Assembly (NCBI GenBank): GCA_964462755.1
Contig: CAYWZD010000001.1
Location: forward strand, 1,957 to 65,956
Source of the DNA: an uncultured Victivallales bacterium
GTDB taxonomy: Bacteria > Verrucomicrobiota > Lentisphaeria > Victivallales > UBA1829
Direction of reading: 5' to 3'
DNA: 64,000 bases
Every line of letters begins with the position of its first letter. Positions within the stretch are counted from its first letter, which is position 1. The translations under genes were made by a program, and so were the position numbers. This document shows, piece by piece, positions 35,956-46,069 of the stretch. The notes below the pieces were generated by a model. It was given only the letters and a program-made list of their open reading frames with translations. It had not been told where the DNA came from and made no database searches.

Positions 35956-36993
35956 ATGTTTCGTATTGTTCTGACGGCTCCCCGTGAACTTAGAAAAGAG
36001 CTGGTTTCCGTGCCGGAACCGAAACCGGGGGAAATCCGGGTGGCGGTCCGCCGGGTAGGAGTCTGCGGCTCCGATCCGACCATCTTCCGTGGATTGCATC
36101 CATATGTAAAGTATCCGGTGGTTATGGGGCATGAGTTTTCCGGCTATGTGGATAAATTGGGCGCGGAAGTGATTGCCCCGGCGGTCGGCAGCCGAGTGAC
36201 GGTTATTCCGCATCTGGTTTGCGGTCACTGTCCGGCCTGCAAAAAAAAGATATACAATTTCTGCGAATCGCTGCGCTGTACGGGTGCGGAGGCAGACGGC
36301 GCCCATTGTGAATACATTTGTATGCCGCAGGAAATGGTAATGTCTGTTCCGGATGCCATGTCATTGGAAGATGCCGCCATGGTGGAACCTGCCAGTGTCG
36401 CCTGGCATGGAGCCAAACGGGGAGAGGTGCGGAAGGACGACGTCGCGCTGATTGTAGGCGCGGGGCCTATCGGCCTGTTCTGCATGCAGAGTGTCAAGGC
36501 TTTGGGGGCGGAAAAAGTGCTGATCGCAGATCTGGACGCATGGCGCCTTGGGTTGGCGCAAAAACTGGGCGCGGACGGAATCATTGATCTGAATCAGGAA
36601 ACACTGGATCAGGGAGTGGCGCGACTGGCGGGATCGATAAAAGACATATCGCTCTTTTATGATTGTGTCGGCGGCAAAGGGCAGATACTCAATCAGTTGA
36701 TCGTTATGGCACGGCGCGGCAGCCGCATTGTCATGATCGGAGTTTTGCAGAAAGAATATGTCATTCCAAACCTGCCGGACTTTGTTCAGCATGAACTGCG
36801 ACTGTCCGGAACAACCATGTACACACCGGCGGATTACCGGGAGGTGATTCAGCGGATGGGACAAAAAATCATCCGGACCACCGGAATGGTCACCCATCAT
36901 TTTCCACTTTCCGAAACTCCGCAGGTGTTTGAAATGATGATCAAGAAACGCAAGGAGCCGTATTTCAAAATCATGCTGGTCAATGGAGATTGA
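35956..36993 (+). CDS. zinc-dependent medium-chain dehydrogenase (sorbitol/threonine dehydrogenase-like)
   Basis: GVCGSD...GHEFSG catalytic zinc motif, CGHCPACKKKIYNFC structural zinc lobe and GAGPIGL NAD fold. Confidence 0.9.
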   Translation: MFRIVLTAPRELRKELVSVPEPKPGEIRVAVRRVGVCGSDPTIFRGLHPYVKYPVVMGHEFSGYVDKLGAEVIAPAVGSRVTVIPHLVCGHCPACKKKIYNFCESLRCTGAEADGAHCEYICMPQEMVMSVPDAMSLEDAAMVEPASVAWHGAKRGEVRKDDVALIVGAGPIGLFCMQSVKALGAEKVLIADLDAWRLGLAQKLGADGIIDLNQETLDQGVARLAGSIKDISLFYDCVGGKGQILNQLIVMARRGSRIVMIGVLQKEYVIPNLPDFVQHELRLSGTTMYTPADYREVIQRMGQKIIRTTGMVTHHFPLSETPQVFEMMIKKRKEPYFKIMLVNGD

Positions 36994-36998
36994 ATCCG

Positions 36999-38453
36999 AT
37001 GAGTCTGTTGGGAATTGACATTGGAACCTCCGGATGCAAAGCCGTATTGTTCAATGAACAAGGAGGAATGCTCCACCGAGCATACCGTGAATATCCGGTT
37101 CTGCGTCCATTCCCCGGCGTGGCGGAGCTGGAAATCACTGTCGTGGAAACGGCGGTGATGGAAACCATCCGTGAATGTGCGGATCATGCGGACAGAGATC
37201 TTCCGGCCGCATTGGCAGTCACCTCTTTCGGCGAGAGCTGTTTACCAGTAACAGCGGACGGACGGGTTGCCTGCCGTTGCTGTATATTGCCGGAGGATCG
37301 GCGGTCGGAGGAAGTCAAAGAGGCTCTGATCCGTCCATTTTCCAGCGATGCCATGCAGCAGCGTACCGGAATCCGGCCTGAATCCTGTTATTCACTCCCT
37401 CTTCTGATGCGGCAATTCCGGAATTCCCGGGAGTTGCGGGAACACTGTGCGATATTGCTGGACTGGAGCGATTATATTGCTTTCCGGTTGAGCGGCGAAG
37501 CGGTATTCAACACCTCTTCGGCTTCGCGGACTCTGGCCCTGGATGTTCATACGATGCAATGGATTCCGGAATACATTGAGGCGGCGGGACTGGAAAGCAA
37601 CCTGTTTCCGCCATTGGTCAGTCCGGGTACTGTTTTGAGAACCATCCGTCTGGAGATGGCACAGCAGCTGGGATTGCCGCGACAGACAAAGGTCGTTGCG
37701 GGAACCCATGATCAATGTGCCGCCGCCATTGGGTGCGGCGCCGCTTCCGGTTCGGATATGATGCTTGGCTTGGGCAGTTATGCCTGTGCGGTCTTCTGCC
37801 GAAAAAATGGATCGCAACCACCGGAAGCATTCAGACATGCGCTCAATATAGAACCCCATGCCATGCCGGGACACTTTGCCAGTTTTCTGTTTCACAGCGG
37901 GTGCGGGATGTTGCTGGAATGGCTTGCGTCCACCCTTTTTCCGGAATACACCGGACCGGACCGTTTTCAGCGCATCTTCCGCTTGGTTCCGGACTGGGAG
38001 CCGCGTCCGACGCCGGTCGTGCTGCCGGAATTCGGACAGGGACGGGGGATGATCGGCGGAATTTCTTTCGGAAATGACCGGACCGATATTCTGCGGGGAG
38101 CCTGCGAAGGCATACTCTTCTATTTCCGCGAATGCGTCGGCCGGGAAAAATGCGAACATCATCTGCGGCGAATTCTGGCTTCCGGAGGAGGCAGCCGCAC
38201 CCCGGAAATCCTGCAACTGGCCGCGAACATTCTGGAACTGCCGGTCCGACTGAATGATACACCCGAGGCCGGCGCACTCGGCTGTGCCATGCTGGCCGGG
38301 AGTGGCTGCGGTATCTATACGTCCATCATGGAAGCGTCGGAGCAGCTGCCGCGTTGTCTGGCGATTTTCGAGCCGAAACGTGACTTTGCGGAACCATATC
38401 GCAAATGGCATTCTGTTTTTCAACCCATGCTTGCCGGGAAGTTTTCCATATGA
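36999..38453 (+). CDS. FGGY-family carbohydrate kinase (xylulokinase-like)
   Basis: MSLLGIDIGTSGCKAVLF at the N-terminus and ...GGGSRTPEILQLAANIL... near the C-terminus. The track start at 36990 is a TTG; the ATG at 36999 has a GGAGA SD 9 nt upstream. Confidence 0.9.
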   Translation: MSLLGIDIGTSGCKAVLFNEQGGMLHRAYREYPVLRPFPGVAELEITVVETAVMETIRECADHADRDLPAALAVTSFGESCLPVTADGRVACRCCILPEDRRSEEVKEALIRPFSSDAMQQRTGIRPESCYSLPLLMRQFRNSRELREHCAILLDWSDYIAFRLSGEAVFNTSSASRTLALDVHTMQWIPEYIEAAGLESNLFPPLVSPGTVLRTIRLEMAQQLGLPRQTKVVAGTHDQCAAAIGCGAASGSDMMLGLGSYACAVFCRKNGSQPPEAFRHALNIEPHAMPGHFASFLFHSGCGMLLEWLASTLFPEYTGPDRFQRIFRLVPDWEPRPTPVVLPEFGQGRGMIGGISFGNDRTDILRGACEGILFYFRECVGREKCEHHLRRILASGGGSRTPEILQLAANILELPVRLNDTPEAGALGCAMLAGSGCGIYTSIMEASEQLPRCLAIFEPKRDFAEPYRKWHSVFQPMLAGKFSI

Positions 38454-38630
38454 CCGGATGTTATCATCGTATGTACCGGCGACTTGGAAAACCTGAAAAT
38501 CAACGACATTGACATCAACACACGAGTCATGAAGAGGGTATGCGAAGAGTTTTCCCCTTGCCGATTTCAGTCACGAAATGAGGGATTCCGGAATCATTTC
38601 TGATATCCGAAAAATCCGACGGGAAGTCTT

Positions 38631-39992
38631 TCAGTTGAAAAACCGGGGATCGATTTCATCGCGAAGGACGTCGAAAAGTTCATCCGTCATCACTTGAATC
38701 TCCCGGAGGGAACAGACCGCCGCTGTCAGAGGGTCTACGGCGATGGCCTGAAAAATTCTCCGCCGGCTGCACGCAAGGGCGCCTTCCGCCGCCACCATCT
38801 GAACATTGATCATTCCGCGGTTGAGTGCGGCAAGAGATTCCGGGTAGTTTTCGATCCGTCCCGGGAAAATACCGGCGCCGTTGACCAGACAGGGGACTTC
38901 GACCGCGCATTCCGGGGGAAGAGTCGGAATCAAGCCGTGGTTGATGACATTCAAGTTTGCGGAGAAAGGAATATTGTTTTCAATTGCGGCGACAAGACGC
39001 ATGGCATATTCCGCACTGGGCGTCAGATCCGGCTTTGTCTTTCCGGACAGCAGATCGTTCAACTGTTTCTCATATCCCGCCTGAAGCTGACGGTTGATGC
39101 CTACAGCAGCTCCGCTGACGCCTGAAACCATCGTTCCGTAGTCAATGCCGTCCGCTTCGAAAGGGACATCGCAGCGGCAGAACTTTTCCAACAGGTCCCG
39201 GCGTTTGCGGAAATAAGGAACATATTCGCTGGCATGTCCGCTGGATTCCGTCGGAAAATAATCGAAGTGACGCATCAGTTCGAACCGCACCTTTTCCATC
39301 TTATATTCGCGGCAGTCCGGATCGTTCATGATCCGCCGGAGGCGCGGATACAGATCGATCCCGTCCGCTTCCAGTTTCAGCATGAACGCCTGATGGTTCA
39401 CGCCCGCGCAGAGAAAATGCAGTTTCTCCGGGGGGACCCCGGCAAATGCAGCCAATCGGCGGCTGGTTCCCTGAACTCCGTGACAAAGTCCGAACACCTG
39501 AACTGTTTTCGCCCGTCTGGAGAGCGCAATGGTGTTCAACGACATCGGGTTGACATAGTTGAAAAGATATGCGCCGGGACAATGGGTTTCCATGGAATCC
39601 ACGATCGGGAACAAGGCTTTGAGTGTGCGCAACCCGCGGAAAACCCCGCCCGGTCCGAGGGAGTCGGCAACCACCTGATCGACCCCGTATTTCATGGGGA
39701 TTTCATATTCGGCAATCTGATGTTTCAGTTCTCCCGTCCGAATGACCGTGACCACATACTTCGCTCCGTCGAGGGCTTCCGCCAAATCGGTGGTTGCGCG
39801 ACAGCGGAACTCCGCATGCAACGTTCCGGCGAACATCCGGGCAAATTCGGACGCTTGCGCCAGCCGCTCTTTCGAGATGTCCATGAGGGTGATTTCCGTT
39901 GTCTCGCGTAGAGATTCATCCTGCAGGAAGTCTTTGAGGAAATTTCTTGTAAATCCAACACTTCCGGCTCCGATCAATGTGATTTTTGTCAT
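38631..39992 (-). CDS. GH4-family NAD/Mn-dependent glycosidase (alpha-galactosidase/alpha-glucosidase type)
   Basis: MTKITLIGAGSVGFTRNFLKDF and the FGLCHGV motif. The track ORF to 40097 is an extension that would overlap the upstream gene. Confidence 0.85.
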   Translation of the reverse strand: MTKITLIGAGSVGFTRNFLKDFLQDESLRETTEITLMDISKERLAQASEFARMFAGTLHAEFRCRATTDLAEALDGAKYVVTVIRTGELKHQIAEYEIPMKYGVDQVVADSLGPGGVFRGLRTLKALFPIVDSMETHCPGAYLFNYVNPMSLNTIALSRRAKTVQVFGLCHGVQGTSRRLAAFAGVPPEKLHFLCAGVNHQAFMLKLEADGIDLYPRLRRIMNDPDCREYKMEKVRFELMRHFDYFPTESSGHASEYVPYFRKRRDLLEKFCRCDVPFEADGIDYGTMVSGVSGAAVGINRQLQAGYEKQLNDLLSGKTKPDLTPSAEYAMRLVAAIENNIPFSANLNVINHGLIPTLPPECAVEVPCLVNGAGIFPGRIENYPESLAALNRGMINVQMVAAEGALACSRRRIFQAIAVDPLTAAVCSLREIQVMTDELFDVLRDEIDPRFFN

Positions 39993-40003
39993 TTTCACAA
40001 TCC

Positions 40004-42595
40004 TTATTTCTGAACAAATATTCCGGTGTATGTCGGATGGTGATAACGCAATTCCAGACGGAGTATGGATTTCCGGTCCCCGGGACGGCGCGGCCATGCA
40101 TCGTAGAGATATTCGAAATCGTGAGGCCCCTCCGCACAGGAAACGCTTCCGGAAAGTTCGGGATAAGGGGATAAAAATTCCGCTTCAAACAGGGTATCGC
40201 TGCTCCATCGTGCATAAAAGCATCCCAGATGATCCCGAATCACTCCGGATTTTTTGAAGGACAGAAATCGAACCGCTTCCGAAAGGGATCGGTCGCAAAG
40301 GGCCAGTTCGAATACGCGCGGTTCATTGCCGCCCATCGTTTCCAGAAAGAATTTAAGATGTCCCTTTCCGGAAAGTTTTTCCAGTTTCCAGCGAAAGGTG
40401 CGGTTCTGCATCCGCTGTCCGAAAACGGCTTGTCGCCGCGGCGGCATCCGCGGAACAGGGGAAGGACCGCTCAGTTGCACCAACAGCTTTTCCATGGGAG
40501 GAATGCTCTCGACGAGCATTTCCCGAGTATAAAGATACCCTTCCGCCTCGGGATGGAAGCCGAGACAGGGGTTTCGATCACACAAGTCCGCCAGTTCCCG
40601 GCGTCCGGCAATTTCTTCCGAGACAAGAATCCGCATGACGGGAAGTGCTTCCGGGATGAAATGCCTTCTCAGTTCGTAAAACCGGAGGACGCGGGCGGTC
40701 GATGCAAACTGGATTTCGAGTGCGTGAGCCGATTCCAGAGAGGCTTCCCGGTCCCGGTCATACGGAAGCGATTGTACCGCATCTCGCAATTTCCGAACCC
40801 CTTCCGTCCATTTTTCCGACAGGGTTTGTGTCAGGACGACAGCCTCGCACAGAGTGTGCTCCCGCAGGCATTCCCCGATGGCGTCACCCTCACGGGAATT
40901 ACTGGGATGCCAGGTCGGCGCCAGCGGTTTCAGCCGGAAATCGAACTGCCACTCCCATACCGTACCGGCATGGGCCGGGCCATAATATTGGAACATGTTT
41001 GAAAGCGGATAGTTTTCATAGGCCTCCGCGAAGAGGGTCCAGGCTTCGACCACCGTTTCCGTCGCATTTCCCCAGACCGGCCGTGCGAGTTCACGCAGAA
41101 AATCCATTTCCGTTCCGGAGAATTCCTCGAAGGCCAGATGTCCGGCCGCTCCGTTCATGAGTCCCGGATGGTTTCCGAAATACCAGCACTGCATGACGTG
41201 GGTTACATTCATTTCGCGCATTTTCCGGTATTTTCGGTAGAGAATGCCGGGGACGGGAACGACGGGAACCGTTACGACTTCATGCGAACATCCGACCTGA
41301 AGTTTGGCGGAAAACCCGGAATGGTGTTCCTTTGCGGAAAGGGCCATTTTTTCAAAGTCGCGGGAAGGTCCGACTTGAGAGAGCCAATAGTCTCCGCCGT
41401 TTCGAAGTTTCCCGAGCTGGACAGCATCGATATTCGATTCGAAATTGTATTGGAGAATCACTCCCTCCGGGATATTTTGAGCGAGCGAGAACACCCACTC
41501 CGCCCGTTCTTTTCCCTGCGGCATATAGAGCCAGGAAATGAGATCCGCGTCCGGGGAAGATTCTTTCATTCCATCACGCATGGTTTCGACGGCGCGTATC
41601 CAGAGGTCCGTGTTTGAAAAACCGCAAGTCTCCCCGCAGACCGGGCGGACCTCCTGCGTGCAGGGACATGCGCTCAAACAGGTGGTCGGCCGTTCGCCGT
41701 GGGAGATATTGATCATTCCGCCCAGTTCCGGAACGGCCCGGAAAATCGATCCGACGCTCTCCCGGATATATTGCAGGGCGCCGTCGGTTTTCAGGCAGAA
41801 AGAGCGTTTCCCGAAAACTTCGCATCCGCCGAATTCGGGATGTTCTTTCAAAAAGGATGAATCCGGAGCAAACGCGGCCGGTTCGATGCAGAATACGAAA
41901 ATCCGGATTCCGTATTCCAGGCACCGGGCCGCAACGGATCGGAGCTTTGAAAGTCTGCGTTCCCTGTCCGCGGACGGCTTTGTGAAGGAAGTCGAGGCGA
42001 GTTCCTTCCATTCGATCGTGATCCAGAGTCCATTGATTCCTTCCGAAGCCAGCCGCTCAAGATAGGCTTCCGGATAATAATCAAAATCATCCGCCAGTTC
42101 ATCCCGGAAATGGGGGGCGCGCTTGATCGGGGAAAAAAAACAGCGTGAAATCCGGTTTTTCAGCCATGGTTTCCGGGAGAATGCTCCCGTTTTCAGGTAG
42201 GGGGCGTCCGCGGAAAGGAAAAGAGACTCCAGATGGTAGAGCGCACGCCGGATTCCTTCGGAGTCCCCCGCCCGAACCTCGATGCCGTGCCCGGAAACAG
42301 CAATCTCGTATGATTCGAACAAGGATTCTTCCTGAATGGAAAAACGGAGCGGGAGAGAGTTTCCAGAAGACCTTGCGGGCCAGCTTTCAAGAAACCGCTT
42401 GAAATTTTTCCAGACTGTTGCCAGACGTGGAAACGGAGCTTGTTCCGGGAAAAGGATTCCGGAGGAAAAATCGATTTCTTCCGCCAATGGTTCACGGTCG
42501 TGCCAGCGAAACTCGAAAGATGGTTCATGGCGGAGCTCTTCGACAAATTTCCATTCGGGTTCGTTGCGTTCTTTCATTAACTCTGCTTTCTTCAT
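40004..42595 (-). CDS. hypothetical cytoplasmic protein (863 aa): GH20b-like N-terminal domain plus a putative TIM barrel, with a Cys-rich cluster
   Basis: There is no signal peptide. The segment GHGIEVRAGDSEGIRRALYHLESL resembles the small N-domain of GH20/67/115-type enzymes. The Cys-rich cluster is C306LSAC310PC312TQEVRPVC320GETC324. It overlaps the upstream gene by 4 nt. Confidence 0.8.
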   Translation of the reverse strand: MKKAELMKERNEPEWKFVEELRHEPSFEFRWHDREPLAEEIDFSSGILFPEQAPFPRLATVWKNFKRFLESWPARSSGNSLPLRFSIQEESLFESYEIAVSGHGIEVRAGDSEGIRRALYHLESLFLSADAPYLKTGAFSRKPWLKNRISRCFFSPIKRAPHFRDELADDFDYYPEAYLERLASEGINGLWITIEWKELASTSFTKPSADRERRLSKLRSVAARCLEYGIRIFVFCIEPAAFAPDSSFLKEHPEFGGCEVFGKRSFCLKTDGALQYIRESVGSIFRAVPELGGMINISHGERPTTCLSACPCTQEVRPVCGETCGFSNTDLWIRAVETMRDGMKESSPDADLISWLYMPQGKERAEWVFSLAQNIPEGVILQYNFESNIDAVQLGKLRNGGDYWLSQVGPSRDFEKMALSAKEHHSGFSAKLQVGCSHEVVTVPVVPVPGILYRKYRKMREMNVTHVMQCWYFGNHPGLMNGAAGHLAFEEFSGTEMDFLRELARPVWGNATETVVEAWTLFAEAYENYPLSNMFQYYGPAHAGTVWEWQFDFRLKPLAPTWHPSNSREGDAIGECLREHTLCEAVVLTQTLSEKWTEGVRKLRDAVQSLPYDRDREASLESAHALEIQFASTARVLRFYELRRHFIPEALPVMRILVSEEIAGRRELADLCDRNPCLGFHPEAEGYLYTREMLVESIPPMEKLLVQLSGPSPVPRMPPRRQAVFGQRMQNRTFRWKLEKLSGKGHLKFFLETMGGNEPRVFELALCDRSLSEAVRFLSFKKSGVIRDHLGCFYARWSSDTLFEAEFLSPYPELSGSVSCAEGPHDFEYLYDAWPRRPGDRKSILRLELRYHHPTYTGIFVQK

Positions 42596-45105
42596 TTCCC
42601 GCGTTCAGAAGAATGACGGTCGAGGAAATCGCCGATCCGGTTTCGGAGCGTCGCCATTTTTTCCCCGTTCTGAATGGGGGAGAAGAGGTTTCCCCATGAT
42701 GAAGAAAGCCGCCGGACCTCGGCAAGCAGAGTTCCCGCTTCGGCGGCGGCCTTTGCGTCGCCGTTTTTTCGGAGCGCATCCTGTGATTTCTCCAGCAGGA
42801 CAAGCATCTCGAAATCTTCTCCACCCGCACGGCTCATTTCCATCCGCATGGTCGAACGCAAACCGTCCGTCTGCGGGATCATCCAGGTGGCGTTGTTGAA
42901 GGCATTCCAGCCGGGGGCGTTGTCGAAGGACGGCCACAGGGTGACGCACCATTGGAGCATCCCCCGGGCTCCGGAACGCCACATCCACCAGTAGAGGCCG
43001 CGCATTCCCGAATAAGCGGAGATATTTTCATAGAAGCCGGGGTTGTAGACCATCAGTTCGGCGTTCGTGGATTTGAGGTGCCGCAGGAGTTCCGGCGAAC
43101 ATGCCGTTGCCTCCGGGTACAGAAGAATCATCCAGATGTCGATCAGACCGTCCAGACGAGGAGTATAGTGCATGGGCGCGGAAAGTTTCACACCGGGGGC
43201 GTTTGCCCGGAAAACAGTCAGGTTTTCCCGAAGGTATCCGATCCATTCATCAGAGGGTTCGTCGAAAACATCCAGGACGATGGTGTCCAGCAGATTTTTT
43301 TCTTTCAGGTAAGCGTGAAAAGCTTTCGCGAAACCGGCGACGCGCTTTTTCCAGACTTCCGTACCGACTTCCTCCTTCGTTCCCCAGAAGCTTTTTTTCT
43401 GCGGAACGCCTCCCACTCCGAAACGGGCAAAGGAATTGAACACGCGGGGGGCTTTGGACTGTTTCAACACTTCCTGAAGTTCCGCTTCGAAAGCACGAGT
43501 ATCCATTTTCACAACATTGCCGTCTTTATCCCATTCCACCTCCGGCCCCTTGCGACAGTACCATGTGCCGCGGGCGTCCGCCACATAGCGGAAAACATTT
43601 TTCCCAGCCTCCTTCGCCATTTCCGGATTTTTCGGATAGGCCTTCGAAGTCCGGAAGCACCATGGATTCAGAATGGAGGTAATTGTATTTTTATCTGGGA
43701 GGGCAAACTTCCAGACTTTCAGCCGAAGAGGTATATCCGCCAGTTTTTTTCCGTCGGATAAGACACGGATGTGACCGTCATACACTCCTGACGGGGCATC
43801 GGGAGGCACCTGAAGCCGGATCAGGAACGGTTGAGTTTTCCCGGCCGGACAGTCGATGGGAAGCATCTTCCCGAGGATGTCGCCGACTTCCCCTTCCAGC
43901 GTCGGTCCGGAGAGGATGTCCGCCTCGTTGCGGACGAACTCCAGCGGATGCCATGAAAATCCGCCTGTCTTGATTTTCCTTCCGCCGGTCGTAACGAGAT
44001 CGCTGATTTCCAGACTTACCTTCGGGAGCGTTTTTTCTCCGGCTCTGACCGCTGTCTGGAAAATTACGCTCGCATTTTTTGCCGTATTGAGGACAATCGC
44101 GGATTCTCTGGAGCGGGGTGCTTTTTCATCGCGGAAAATCCAGGTGTCCGCACGGTCGAACCAGATATCCGCCTCTCCGGTTCTCCTCACGAGACGCCCC
44201 GTGTCCTGTTTATATGGGATGATATCCGCTGTTTTGAGTTTTTCCAGGTAACCGTCCGACAGCAATTTTTCCGCATTCTGCCGGATGTCTCCATGGAAAG
44301 GAGTGATGCAGAAATGTGCGGAGCGTGAGACCCATTTGTCTTTGCCGGGCCCCATACCGCCGCAACGCAATCCGATGAATGTGTTTTCCGTTCCGCCTCC
44401 CATCAGCAGGGAATCGGTTCCCGCGTCGGGCAGGAGGGTGAAGACGATTCCCGTGCCGATTGTTTTGTCATACTGTCCGATCAGCGCAAATGAATTCCAT
44501 GTTGAGAACTCTCCGGAAACGGTTTTCCTTTTTTTGAGTTTGCGGTCATAGAACGGAGATTCTTCGAAGATTCTCACCTTATATTGAATCCCGCCGTTTT
44601 CTTCGACCGGATTCAGGCGGAACCAGGTCCGCGCATCATTTTTCATGTTGAAGAGGGAAAGATACCCCCATTCGGCCATGATAAGTCCGCGTGTTTCAAG
44701 GCGGACAGAGGTTTCCAGCGATGGGCTGTCTTTCCGGACCGTGCGGATTCTTGTGAAACGGAGATTTTTCCCTTCTGAAATGGCCTTGACCGTGATGCTT
44801 TCCTGAGATTTTTCGATGCGGATTTGAATGGGTCCCGCATTTTCTTTCCATGGGATGGAGGATTCGGTCCACCATTTATAGCTGTCTCTTGTACGCAATG
44901 CGACTTCCTCATTTTCCAGCCAGAGTTTTTTCCCGTCGAATGAAGAACTTTTGAGGCGGATCATTTGTTTTTTATCGAGAACGTATTCGGAGCCGCCGCT
45001 TCGGAGAATGACCGCATCGGCATTCTCCGAGACCTGCGGTTCTGTGGAAAATACCGCCGCCGCGAGGGAAAAAAGAACAAAAGAGAGCTTGAATGTGCCG
45101 GGCAT
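42592..45105 (-). CDS. secreted protein (837 aa) of unknown function, possibly DUF4091/GH123-like
   Basis: Signal peptide MPGTFKLSFVLFSLAAAVFS. The segment ...LRLKVWKFALPDKNTITS... recalls DUF4091-type proteins (memory only). It lies immediately downstream of a pseudopilin-like gene. Confidence 0.8.
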   Translation of the reverse strand: MPGTFKLSFVLFSLAAAVFSTEPQVSENADAVILRSGGSEYVLDKKQMIRLKSSSFDGKKLWLENEEVALRTRDSYKWWTESSIPWKENAGPIQIRIEKSQESITVKAISEGKNLRFTRIRTVRKDSPSLETSVRLETRGLIMAEWGYLSLFNMKNDARTWFRLNPVEENGGIQYKVRIFEESPFYDRKLKKRKTVSGEFSTWNSFALIGQYDKTIGTGIVFTLLPDAGTDSLLMGGGTENTFIGLRCGGMGPGKDKWVSRSAHFCITPFHGDIRQNAEKLLSDGYLEKLKTADIIPYKQDTGRLVRRTGEADIWFDRADTWIFRDEKAPRSRESAIVLNTAKNASVIFQTAVRAGEKTLPKVSLEISDLVTTGGRKIKTGGFSWHPLEFVRNEADILSGPTLEGEVGDILGKMLPIDCPAGKTQPFLIRLQVPPDAPSGVYDGHIRVLSDGKKLADIPLRLKVWKFALPDKNTITSILNPWCFRTSKAYPKNPEMAKEAGKNVFRYVADARGTWYCRKGPEVEWDKDGNVVKMDTRAFEAELQEVLKQSKAPRVFNSFARFGVGGVPQKKSFWGTKEEVGTEVWKKRVAGFAKAFHAYLKEKNLLDTIVLDVFDEPSDEWIGYLRENLTVFRANAPGVKLSAPMHYTPRLDGLIDIWMILLYPEATACSPELLRHLKSTNAELMVYNPGFYENISAYSGMRGLYWWMWRSGARGMLQWCVTLWPSFDNAPGWNAFNNATWMIPQTDGLRSTMRMEMSRAGGEDFEMLVLLEKSQDALRKNGDAKAAAEAGTLLAEVRRLSSSWGNLFSPIQNGEKMATLRNRIGDFLDRHSSERGK

Positions 45106-45120
45106 GATGCATTCCTTTCT

Positions 45121-45846
45121 TTAGCGTGTCGTCTGTGTGAAAATATTCGGGTAAGCCACGGCGCTGATATAGGTCAGAAACCGGCTTGCCTCATAGGCAA
45201 CATAGGTTTTGTGTCGTGCGATAGAAGTTGCGGGAAACGCTTCGGCATGACCGTCGGCCATGATGCCGTTTGCAATCTGATTGTGCACAAGATAGAGAGA
45301 GCCGAAAGAATTCGGGGTGGACGTCTTGTAGGTCAGGAAATTGTGCCATTGCACATCCTGTTCAATGGAACGCACATCCCCTGCCAGAATGATTTGAGAC
45401 GGAGCGACAGGGTTGCCAAGCTGATCCGTCCTGTAATAAGCAGCGCGCAAATGAGCCCCGACGGTTCCCGTGGAAGGCGTCCCGTAGGTGCTGGCATAAT
45501 CCCAATCCCCGCCATAAACGGCGACAGGAGTCACCGGACAGCGGATGGACTTGATATTGTTCAGCATTCCGGAGCGCTTCAGTTTCAACCCCCAGTAAAC
45601 CTTGTTGTCAAGGTCGGTAATGCCGGCCACCCCGCAGAAGACCCAGTCGTCGTAAGAATCGCGGTAAAGCTGGAAGGCGAGTCCGGTCTGTTTCAGGTTG
45701 GAAGTGCAGCTGATGGCCTGCGCCTTTTGTTTTGCCTTGTTCAGAGCGGGCAGCAGCATTCCCGCCAGAATCGCGATGATCGCAACAACAACGAGGAGTT
45801 CGATCAATGTAAAACTCATGGCATTCCAAATTTTTCCGGCTTTCAT
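45121..45846 (-). CDS. prepilin-type N-terminal cleavage/methylation domain protein, H-X9-DG family
   Basis: [39 protein letters not shown] at the N-terminus. Canonical motif [13 protein letters not shown]. In-frame alternative starts exist at 45876 and 45819. Confidence 0.9.
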   Translation of the reverse strand: MKAGKIWNAMSFTLIELLVVVAIIAILAGMLLPALNKAKQKAQAISCTSNLKQTGLAFQLYRDSYDDWVFCGVAGITDLDNKVYWGLKLKRSGMLNNIKSIRCPVTPVAVYGGDWDYASTYGTPSTGTVGAHLRAAYYRTDQLGNPVAPSQIILAGDVRSIEQDVQWHNFLTYKTSTPNSFGSLYLVHNQIANGIMADGHAEAFPATSIARHKTYVAYEASRFLTYISAVAYPNIFTQTTR

Positions 45847-46069
45847 AACAGCGACCTCCCTGCAGAATGATTTCATGTTTTTCTGTTAATCAATTATACC
45901 AAAACGGAGAGGATTTGCAATTCGAACAAGCGGGGAAAATACTTTTTTTTTGAATAAGTTCAGAATTTCAGAGAATCTATTTGCCGGAGGAAGATTTCCC
46001 GAGGATATTGGATTTGACAGGAGGCTCATGAAAAACTATATTTTCAGGAGAACACAGGGAACCGGTAAA

